In this document: piece by piece, positions 53,132 to 64,000 of the stretch
Position numbering within the stretch: position 1 is the stretch's first letter
Layout of the letters: the number at the start of each line of letters is the position of its first letter
From: Lytechinus pictus
Taxonomy: Eukaryota
Direction of reading: 5' to 3'
Assembly: GCF_037042905.1 (NCBI RefSeq)
Contig: NC_087251.1
Coordinates: forward strand, 8,062,001 to 8,126,000
DNA: 64,000 bases
Notes under the pieces: generated by a model
Databases searched by the model: none
What the model was told of the DNA's origin: nothing
Seen by the model: the letters and a program-made list of their open reading frames with translations, nothing else
Position numbers and translations under genes: made by a program

Positions 53132-55210
53132 TCTATAATCATCGGAAAGGACGATCATGAATTATTTGAATCACTGGGGTAGACAGAAATTTTCAACGGG
53201 GTGTTGGGGCTAGTCGAAAGAGCGGAAGGACCGATGATTATGGATGGGTCATCCCTTCAACAATATATACGGTGATTTGTTTTTATTCTAATAATCGTGT
53301 GTGAAGGTGGAAACAATTACCGCACCTATGAATGCTAATTTAGGGATGGGAAGAAAAAAGAGCAACGTGGATGTAGGTATGTAAAAGGATGATGAGACGG
53401 AGCAGAACGACCAAAATTGATTATTTGAACCAGTAAGACTTAGCATATTTTTACCCTACATTCTGACATTAAGAAAATTTACTGTTTTTCAGAACACTGC
53501 AAGTGAATGGCTGTTCTGTTTTCACCAGTGGAACTTAACATTTTCAACCTCACATTTCTTAATTTTTTTCTTCTTTCCATCTCCCATTTTCATCTTCGCC
53601 GGCTAAGACTTTTTTTCAATAATCTTCCTTTCTCTTTTTGGGGGTCGTCAGTTCCTCTTTATGGTTTAATTATACCTGACATTTCTTCATTCTTATACGC
53701 GTTTAGAAATGTTATTCTTTAGTCTCATTATGCAAACTTTAACAGCCGATAATGACTTTTCTTCTTCGATAATTTATAAAAAATCACGAATGAGATTAAA
53801 TCGAGTGCTAGTACACACTCTCCCTGAAACGCCCTAACTTCCGTCTAATATCAAGTGTAGCTGTATCTATTGCTATGATTGTAAATGAATTATAACCACG
53901 TAATATGATAAGTGGTAACAAGTAGCAAGTTTGCATTTGATTTTGACGTCAGTACACTGCTAATCACAACACCAACTACCTGCATATATTTTTGCCTTTT
54001 CGCGTTAAAATATGTAAAAAAATAATAATGTGGGGTGTGAAACAACAAAATGTAATTACGGAGAAAACGACCGTTGCCTTTAAAAAATTTAGTTGAGTGC
54101 AACTGACTGCCATTATGTTTTATAATTGGCCTATTTATGAAATAATTTACCTCGTAAATCTTTATTTGAAAGAAAAGATATTTCTCGCTTGTTTTACGAT
54201 TACCGCTATTTAGAATTTGGTACTTGGAAACAAAGAACATTACAATGACGGTTTAAAGTCCTTTTTATTCGCTTGCTTCACATAGCATTGTACCATTCTG
54301 TATTTGGTTATAAATGCACATTGAATGTAAATGAACATGTTATTATTGTCTCATTTACGTTATATTTGGTAGAAATTTTTAACAATTTCAATCAATTTTG
54401 TTACAGTGGCGGCAAAGTCTGATATAAAAGGAAACTACATTTGGTGCAAGGGCATAATAATATCGCATTATTGCCATATCGTCATCTGTTGGAGCTGGGT
54501 GGAGGGGAGGGCAATACGGGGAAGGGGTCCTCACCCCGTACTACATGCCTCTTCTAATTCTATACATTAAAATTAATGTTTTACAACCTTATTCAGCATT
54601 TGCTTAACTTCCGTGTTATCATAATCTCTCTCTTGTCGTGTCAGCTTTCGCGGGGGTGGGCGTCGTAAGGAGGGGTCGTCATGGGGAAGGGGGGGGGGGG
54701 AGGTACTATCCCTTCATCATCAGATTTAATTAGGCCAATCATTGTTCGTCGCATACAACTCCGATACTTTAGACAAGCTATGGTAACTTTGCTGGTTTTA
54801 AATGTTGTCAGTATATTGTCGTTTTGATTGTTGACTTCTGATTTATGTAATTATTTTTTTTCAATGGTTTCAAAACTATTTGGTATTCGTTGAAAACGGG
54901 CAAAATCAGTAATCATTTTACTGCCACACTCTGCATGCTCTGTAACAAATTCAAAATTCGTCGATCCATATTATTTTATTGATAGGCCGAACTATAGGTG
55001 ATCATAATTATTAAAACAGCTAATCCACAGCTGATAACCTATTGAGCCGAGTCCCAATATCTGGAGCCTGAGTGACAAATATCGTTTTTCGAAATAAGAA
55101 TTTAAGTGCATAATTCGCGGGCTGGTTCCGACCATACTATTGCACAGCCAGTTATATATTTCTCTTAAAGTTTTGAAAATAAAATAAAGTGAGCCTTGAA
55201 AATAGTTTAC

Positions 55211-55289
55211 CTTTGCCTCAACACGTACTCTACGTACAGACAGGAAACTGTGACGGGCTTTTCCGCTTGCTTCCAGCCTATTTTTAGCT
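55211..55289 (-). CDS. Putative exon (LKIGWKQAEKPVTVSCLYVEYVLRQ)
   Basis: Acceptor gactttttccAG, donor AAG|GTAAAC; phases compatible with neighbouring exons. Confidence 0.4.
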
Positions 55290-55574
55290 CTGGAAAAAGT
55301 CATGAGCGTATGACAATTCACCTAGATTATTAACAGTGTTATTATGCACGAAACAATCCCAGTGAAATATGTAATGAATTTATTTTACTTTTAAGAATAA
55401 GGGAGGGTACGGAGACATAAATGCATGCTTTGAAAAGGAGAGAAGTTCAAGGGTTAAGACACGGTGGTAACGAGACTTGGAAAACGATCGAAAAAAAAAA
55501 CTTTTTAGAACATTATTAACTTGAATTATGTGTTACTGAAAACTAGAATACACATGGTAATGGAACTCATGACA

Positions 55575-55865
55575 GAAAGAATGGGAAAAAGAAATAAAGA
55601 AAGAAAAGATAGAAAAATAAGCTATATAACCAAAGGTAGAATAAGACAGAAAAAAAGTAGGCAATGTGGGGGGAAAATAAAAAAGAAAGGAGGAAGAAAG
55701 AAAGAAAGAGAGAGAGGGGGGGGATAAAGAAGAAAAAAGAAAGAAAGAAGCGAGAGAAAGAGAATGGAGAGGGATGGGGAGACAGATACACACACATACA
55801 GGGAGAGGAGAAAGAGGGGAGTGGGCGGAGCCTGGGGAAAGGGGGGGGGGGGAGGGGTGGGGGAA
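55575..55865 (+). repeat. Purine-rich low-complexity tract with G-runs
   Basis: Almost entirely A/G with several G-runs. Confidence 0.7.
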
Positions 55866-55977
55866 TATGATGGTGAAGGGAATTCACCAAGTACGCATTT
55901 TGATGCAATCCCAGACCATTCGATTAGGTGTACAACATTTATAATCTCACAACTTCAGAAATAGTATTTCAAGTTTC

Positions 55978-56258
55978 CAGTGGCGTATAATGAGCCCAAA
56001 ATTCAGTGAGCGGGCCAGATTATAAAAATTTGCGAGCGAGCAAAGTGAGTAAGCAAAAAATTCAACACTTATGTTACAAAAATCCAATTTTGTAATAGAT
56101 TTTGACATAATATTCAGAAAATAATATCATATTTTTCCCATCTCTCTTTTCTTTCCTTTCCTTTTCTCTTTTTTTTCTTGGTCTTGTTTTTTTTTTTTTT
56201 TTTTTTTTTTTTTGGGGGGGGGGGCAAGCGCCCCAAAGCCCCCATCTGTACACCACTG
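55978..56258. mobile_element. hAT-like MITE with 8-bp TSD
   Basis: TIR cagtggcgta/tacaccactg; TSD caagtttc (55970-55977 and 56259-56266). Confidence 0.82.
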
Positions 56259-57130
56259 CAAGTTTCATTTTACTTATAAATCTAGGAGTTGTCATCCGTG
56301 GAATAAATCTCTCTTTATTATAATAATGTTTTCAACTCAGTGGAATCATGTTGTAGATCCATGATGGAGTGAAAAGAGACATTCCATTCGCGCTGAAATT
56401 GGCTATATCAATGAAGATGCTTATTCATCGGCTTTGATACTGTTTTCCTCACATTATTCAAAAACTCCGCATTGCATTCAACAAATCATACGGGATCACT
56501 AATTTCTTGGCTTCCCTTGTGAATCGAATCACTTAAATATAGTACACATAAAAACAAATCGTGTTTAGGGGGGTTTAGTTTACGAAACCAACCCAGGTCT
56601 AGTATTTTCATTAATTCAATTGGTTCTCTTCATGCAAATAAGACCAATCTATACCCATCATATTTGCTATTTCTGTTGACTCTTCTTGAGAAAATGCAAA
56701 AAGTTTTGTAATGAATAATAATTATATATGCGAATATATTTTCTTCCTTTGTTTTGAAGAGAAATTTTATGACTTCCGAGGAAGGAATGATATAAGGAGA
56801 TGCACCAGATGGGAAAACAACGTTTTAAGAATATTATATTAGGCCCACAACAATACCCAACTTAAGTCATGTTGGTCCGATATTTTATTTGATAGTTGAC
56901 TTCACTTCTGTCGTGATCATTTTCACACACCATTCTATACTGCATGAAAGTGGAATGTTCCATTCTGCTATATACAGTGATAAAATCCACTAACAATCAA
57001 TAATTGACTTAACTTTATAAACGGTCCATAATTTGGTAGATCTTATTCTTCTCATTGTCCAATCGATTCAGTGGCAATACTTCCCGGCAAGGGGGAGGGG
57101 GTCCTAAAATTGCTTTCATGCGTCCAAAAG

Positions 57131-58320
57131 AAAAACAAGTGGAACGCCTCTGGCAGTCTCGCCTGCATTACGCGATTAAATATAGCAGCAGAGCTAACTT
57201 TGAAAACTACTATAATATAATCATTCACAAAAACACCATTCATATAATGACATAATACCACGTTCATTGACCATAAATGACATTTGAACGGTGACTTAAG
57301 ACTTGTCAACTACACCCATGTCCACATTTCATTCACTCTATCTATAAACTTTCAAAGTTATGATGGCAATTCAGCAATTACCCCAACATGGCCTAAGTTT
57401 ATTGACCTTAACTGACCTTTGACCTTGGTTTTGTGACCTGAAACTCACAGGGGATGTTCAGTGATACTTGATTACTCTTATATCCCAAGTTTTATGAACT
57501 AGATTCATAAACTTTCAGCGTTAGGATGGTAATTCAACAAATACCCCCAACACGGCCAAGTTCATTGACCTTAAATTACCATTGACCATGGTCATGTGAC
57601 CTGAAACTCGCACAGGATATTCATTGGTACTTAATTAACCTAATGTCCAAGTTTCATGAACTAGATCTATAAATTTTCAAAGTTATGATGGTAATTCAAC
57701 AAATAACCCCAACTTGGCCAAAGTTCATTGACCCTAAATGACCTTTGACCTTGGTCATGTGACCTGAAACTCAGGCAGGATGTTCACTAATACTTGATTA
57801 ACCTTATGTCCAAGTTTCATGAACTAGATCCATAAATTTTCAAAGTTAAGATAGTAATTCAACAAATACCCCCAACTTGACCAAAGTTCATTGACCCTAA
57901 ATGACCTTTGACCTTGGTCACGTGACCTGAAACTCGAGCAAGATGTTCACTAATACTTGATTAACCTTATGCCCAAGTTTCATGAACTAGGTCTATATAC
58001 TTTCTAAGTTATGATGTCATTTCAAAAACTTAACCTTCGGTTAAGATTTTGAAAATAATTCTCCCAACATGGTCAAAGTTCATTGACCCTAAATGACCTT
58101 TGACCTTGGTCATGTGACCTGAAACTCAGGCAGGATGTTCAGTAATACTTGATTAACCTTATGTCCAAGTTTCATGAACTAGGTCCATATACTTTCTAAG
58201 TTATGATGTCATTTCAAAAACTTAACCTTAGGTTAAGATTTGATGTTGACGCCGCCGCCGCCGTCGCCGTCGGAAAAGCGGCGCCTATAGTCTCGCTCTG
58301 CTATGCAGGCGAGACAAAAA
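57131..58320 (-). mobile_element. HINE/DINE-1-type element with 163/192-bp tandem array
   Basis: On the minus strand: tttt-gtctcgcctgca subTIR with IR, (ggc)n, about 5.5 repeat units, 3' subTIR tgcaggcgagac, small stem-loop, cttgtttt. Confidence 0.87.
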
Positions 58321-58408
58321 CTAACAAACACTTTCAAATGCAATAAATTTATGTAACAACAGAAAATAAAATTGTCATTGTACCGTTTACAAAACAAATG
58401 TTCCTCAC

Positions 58409-58503
58409 CATCACAGGCAAGTTTAAGTTTGTTAGGATATTTTGCTCAGTTAAATACGTTTGAGGTCCTCCTTTTCTTGCCCTTCTCACTTTTAGAAGCC
58501 ATT
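58409..58503 (-). CDS. Putative exon with in-frame TGA (MASKSEKGKKRRTSNVFN*AKYPNKLKLACD)
   Basis: Acceptor gattgtttAG, donor GTGAGG; TGA at 58448-58446. Confidence 0.35.
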
Positions 58504-58942
58504 CTAAACAATCATGACAGACCATATTTTTAGAATCTCTTTCCCTGTTCATAATCAGAAGACAACATGATCAAAATCATAGGCCTACCATTAATTTTTA
58601 TAAGAATAAATGCTCTGATTGAAAGATGCGGGTGCTCCTAAAACATTTGTATCAGGTGACAATTTCAACCCTCATCATATTGATTTCACCAATAATTATC
58701 TCTTTCAACTTTGACATCAAGTTTATTTACGTTTTATATTGCATGTTGCTTTATTAAAGGAACCCATATTCCAGGATCAGTATTTTAGAGACGGATGAAA
58801 AAAAGAATAAAATAAAACAAAAACGTGATCAATATTTTGATCAAGAACCACTACATCGACCTTAAATACATGTATTTTCGGTCAAATTGAAGCATAGCTT
58901 ACATATTAATTCATACAACGAATTCGTAGAACGGTGTACTTT

Positions 58943-59671
58943 TCACGTGATGACCAGTCCGCATTATAACAACCCGTTTGATAACGCCATCAACTCAGAC
59001 TGCGCTGGTAATTAAGGTTGGGACTGCTGCCGCTTTGAAAGAGAAATAAAAGAATTGTTTTGTATTTACAATATAGTCATCTGTTTTAGCTTACTGTATA
59101 TACAGTCATATCAAATCTGACAGGGTTTATAATTTACTATGAAATTTCCGGAACATTTTTTTTTCATGTTCGCCTTCTTCGCTCGATCGGAATAAGAAAC
59201 ATAACAAAACTGAACCGCGTCAAAAGAAAATCTATATTTATCTGCAAATGTTATGTAATAAACTGCACCTTCTGTAATACTTGACGTTTGTTTTCACAAC
59301 GAATGTAATGATTATCGTACAGGGATCCCCCGCATCTTGATGTGTACACATCGTCGGCTAGTATGAACCCACGCAAACAAGTAAAGGTGAGCGAAATTTG
59401 TGATATTTACCTCACACCTGACATCATTAGAGCTTTGTTCGTCCATTTCTTAGTTTCTCTGTCTACCTTACTGGTCCACGATCCGATATGGAACAAATCG
59501 CATTTTGCTCATTTTTATGAAAATGTGAATGAAAAGTATCTCTTCAATTGAGGTTCAAATTAACTGAAAGAATACTAATATAACAACTTTGGATGATTGC
59601 AAGCCTTTATTTTGGAGTAAAGACCAAATTAGTTTCAACTCGTAGCCAATCGTATGATTGCTATGACGTCA
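58943..59671 (-). promoter_or_regulatory. Candidate promoter region of the minus-strand transcript
   Basis: Palindromic CRE tgacgtca (59664-59671), CCAAT near 59646, E-box tcacgtga (58943-58950), raised CpG content. Confidence 0.3.
59411..59427 (-). CDS. Putative exon 1 coding end of the minus-strand transcript (MMSGV-R)
   Basis: ATG ATG TCA GGT GTG AG|GTAAAT; phase matches the 58503 acceptor. Confidence 0.25.
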
Positions 59672-62434
59672 TAATACGAGATTTTAATTTCAGCTTTATT
59701 CTAATAAGGATTATAGCATAGTCACAGATTTGAACATAGGTATTCCCACGATAATTTAGAACATTACACAGTAAGATATACCAAGTCTCAATATCAGCAT
59801 CAAATTATACTTCGTTTTGTTTAAAATCGGGTCGCAGAGCAATTGTAAGGTGTGCGGTTGCATTATTACATCAATTGTCGTCTGATGCATGCAAACAAAG
59901 ATCTCGTACCATTTTTTTCTGTACTCAATATTCACAAAAAGTTTTGGATTGGGTGTACATAATTAAGTTCTCATAATGATTTTCATTGAATTGAATTCTT
60001 ACAGAAAAGTTTTGTTAATTTTTGGTTTGTATTTGTTAGAGTTGTATTTCCTCGATATAGTATTGAACAACTCAAATGAAATATATGGGAGATGCAGGGG
60101 GAGTTGTCCTCCCACCGCAGTTGTCCAGATACGATATCAAAGAAATACGACTCAAGTGGTAGGACAACTCACCCAGAATCCCCCTAACCAAGATAAGATT
60201 CCCATATGCAAAACCCAGAGCAGCATTTGGATGAATATGGTTAAGGTAAAGGTATTACAGCACAATTTTCAATTTTCTTCAATTTTTGAAAATATCATTC
60301 TAGGATAAGAATAAAAAATGGAAGTAAAATTTCAGCAAAAGTAATGACTATACAAAATGATTGTACGCCCCATTACATAACATGAAAATACCTGATCCAT
60401 AAAAACACTATGCATTGGGATTTATGCTGATAAAGGAATTAATTAGGTGTTCAAACTTTCAACATGAAGACCGTATATCCCATGCCAAAGGACATATACA
60501 AACATAATCATATCACACAATATACAGTACGTTACTAGATATCTCGTTTTATTCTATTCACATGTCATTTACAATGAGTCAATTTGAACTAGAGTGAATC
60601 ATGTATATCACACATATCTCTAGATTATATCATTACTTCTAAAATCATAAATAACCATTTATGTACATATATTTCTTTGCCATCTGCTTAACATACATTT
60701 ATTTATAATATTTTGTTTGCACTTGGTATGCATGTGATATAATAAATGAATAGCTTGATGCTTGTAAACATACACCTGTAGTTATAATGAAAATACACAC
60801 AAACAAAATGATGGAAATTTCTTCAGACTTTGTGATTTGGTTTGAGAAAAATCAATGAAAGCTGCTAAGATAAAAAGCTATTTAACAATGAAAGGTTTGG
60901 ATTTGCATTGCATGACAGCTTATTTGTAGACATTATCAAAACAAAGGTCAATAAAATGCTACACTAATGACATAAAATAAAAAAACATAATTCTTAAAGA
61001 AATTAAAGTAAATCAAATTTTTAAATAAAGGAGTAAAAGATATGAAATATAAAATATTTGAACTGTCAAATGGCACATTCAAATAGCAGCTAAATTCTTT
61101 GCTCTCTGAAACCACAAGGTGGAAAGTTACCAAATATTGTAGTATTTTGCCATAGTAACATGATCCCCATTTCCTATTAATCCATTTGACTGGGATTGTG
61201 TCCTATCACAAAGTAGAAGCAATAGAAGAGAATAGAAAGTGTTTTGATTAATACACAAATAAAAATGTCCTTGTAATTATTAGTCTGGCAGATCTAGGAA
61301 AACACACCCGGGAAACACACCCTTTCTGTGCCCCTTCACCATAACCATCTCCCAAGGTAGAACATTCCAATAAAACCATTGGCTCAGGATCAATATTTCA
61401 ACTTTGGTTGCTACTACCTTGGTGAAAGAAGCAATTACGCAAGAATAACATTTTTTTTTGGAACTTGGCAGTCGGAAGCTTCTATTTCATTACAGTATTT
61501 GTAAAACATATCAAGTTGTCTTGTTGATGTTGATTGAATTAAAGCAAGCTGACAGACTTTACTATTCTTAGCATTTTGAAATTACAAGATTGATTGGAGA
61601 CACTTCAGGATGTAAACTCACCAATATGGAGAGCCAAAACATGACCAACAATTTTGTGAATTGAATATATAATTTCCATAATATATTCCATTATTTCTTT
61701 CTGAGGGGAGGGGCGAGATTGATTAATAGTGCAGGTTATGGAGCCTTCTTTCGGGGGGGGGGGGGGTTAGTGCAGGATGAGAAGCCTTCTTTTAGGGGGG
61801 GGGGTAATAGCTAAGAAGTCTAATGTAAAGGGTGTAACAGATCTGCCCTTGTCAGACTATTAGAAGCACATCCTCCACTATATGAAAGCATGGAATATGG
61901 CATATCAGTTTCCCCTCAAGCTTACTACTACTAAACATGACTCATTTATTTGGAGCCTTCGCCGGAATGTCAATGAAGGAAATAACACTTGAAACAGATT
62001 TGAGAATTTCCCCTAACCCAAAACAATCCCCATGGTTACGTTTCATTCTTCAAACATCCCAATCCGGTATATGACATTGATCATATCTGTTATAACTGGA
62101 GAGACCATTGATCGAAAACTATCCAAACAAGTCAAAAGAAAAGAAACAACAGAAAATCAGCCATTCAATTAACAAACAAAAGGTGGCATATCGTAGCATT
62201 ATGAAATAATATATTATTTTCTTCATCATTTGATTTACATCAGAAGTTACAATGTAATGATGTTTCCCTAAATTCATAAACTTGCATGTCCTGGTTCCAT
62301 AAAATGAGTGAAAAGATAAAACATTTTGGGAAACAGACTAGGTGAAAGAGCTGGCTAGACCTGAATTGTGATGAATAATATGCACACAAAAATATTGGCC
62401 TTGCCAATAGAAGAGGTTCTACCTGATTAATTAG

Positions 62435-62880
62435 GACACCGTTCTCATTACTCTTTCTGAAACTAATGTTACTGGAAACTGGTTTGGAAGATCGCTTTGC
62501 TAGCGTTCCCATTTGATCACCCGAAAGTGGTTTTCAATTTACTTCACGAAAAGCGATCTTGTTGCTATGGGAACGCTCTCAGTGGGGAGACACGTTTCGC
62601 GCGAAATTTTAAACTGCAGTGTAGGCATTCCACACACATGGTGTGGAGTAGTGCACTCAAAATATGAGATCGCTTCCCGCAGAACGGTTGGGTCCTCACT
62701 TACGCTAAAACTAGTTTAACGAGGCAAAGCGATCTTCAAAACTACATCGCGAGGTGGTTTTATGAACCGGTTTGGAAGATCGCTTCAACCGCTCTCATTA
62801 CACATTAAACCGTGTTAATAGCTCCATGGTTAAACTAGTTTCCAGTAAACTAGTTTTAGGAAGGTAGTGAGAACGGTGTC
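62435..62880. mobile_element. MITE with ~50-bp imperfect TIRs (possibly PIF/Harbinger-type)
   Basis: gacaccgttctcattac..ttactggaaactggttt versus aaactagtttccagtaa..gtagtgagaacggtgtc. Confidence 0.8.
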
Positions 62881-64000
62881 TTTGACTGCTAGAAAATTAT
62901 TGGGGAAACACAATGGATACTGACTTCAAAGACAGCAGTGGAGTTAAGTGATCAGCTACCAATATATTGTTAATATTTGACCTCAGGAAATCATTTGCAA
63001 ACCAAAGTAAATACAGTAGGTAAGAATGATGACAGGTAAATCATTTAACATAAATGTCAATCTATCTGATATTGTGATAAGGTAAAAACAAGGAACATTT
63101 GCCAATATGTTTCATATCATCACCATTTTCACCAAGTGTCAATGAAAAAATGTTGACAAATTAAACTAGACTGTCAATTGTTTTATTTTTTAGCAAAGTT
63201 GAGAATCATCATGATCTCATTCATTTCCTTGAATATTGTACTATCGTGGTATCAAACATGACGTTAAATCACAATTTTTTTTAAACTATCCAAAACAGCT
63301 ACAAAAGTAAACCTATTATTCAATTTAAAAAATTGTTTGTTACTTTGGTCAGTTTGTGAGGATGGTGATGAAATAGAACATTTTTTTGAAAATTTTTAAT
63401 ATTACTGTTCAGTTTTAATTAAGGTTTGATTTAATATTTACACTGAATTATTGAGCAATTCACACTATTAAAGGAAAGGGGAAAATGTAAACATAAAATG
63501 AAACAAGAAAAAGCATCGAATTAAAACAAAAAGATGAAGATCATAAACATTCCATATCCATGGCAATATACTTTTTTTCTATATGCATGAAATCAAGCTT
63601 TTCCAATGAAATTTTATTGGATTAGTATATAATGACATCATATAAAAAATATATTATGACAGCAAGAGTACAGTTAAGTCACATTCACGTACTAGTGTAT
63701 CATATCCAGTGACCATATAGATTTTGCTAAAGTACAGTTAAAGAGTTCTTGACGTAAAATGAGATCCCCATTATAAGTACATTTAGAAAATAGTAGCCCC
63801 TTGGTTTATGCTCACAATATGAATGGTGAAGAAAATAAGCAAAAGAGTAAATTGATCTCAGAAAATACTTCAAATAGAATTGAAAATTTCAACATATTGT
63901 TGTTTAGCTACTGCATTGTTGACTATGTTTAAAAACAGCAAGGCAGTATCTTATGACTCCTGTTTGTAAAGCAGTTATGGAAAACAAATAAAAGAACAAC

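Overview
This is AT-rich, repeat-dense animal genomic DNA. The repeat families (tRNA-derived SINE, Helentron-type HINEs, TTAA-flanked MITEs) suggest a deuterostome invertebrate such as a sea urchin, which is an inference. One gene is clearly recognisable: a SERTA-domain transcriptional co-regulator (SERTAD/TRIP-Br/CDCA4/taranis family) whose main coding exon is 32797-33798 (+). It probably starts at a CpG-rich promoter near 1.95-2.8 kb and splices across an intron of about 30 kb. It is followed by a TE-poor putative 3' UTR of about 5 kb. The first ~25 kb is packed with non-autonomous DNA transposons, including a nested stack (HINE > hAT-like element > MITE) with readable TIRs and TSDs, several fold-back palindromes and Kolobok-like MITEs. 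On the minus strand (59.4-40.7 kb) a chain of short exons with canonical splice sites joins into a ~110-codon frame broken by one in-frame TGA. This could be a selenoprotein or readthrough product, a pseudogene or a lncRNA, and I could not find a SECIS by eye. There are no prokaryotic features, CRISPR arrays, rRNA or intact transposases. All calls were made by eye with no database searches.
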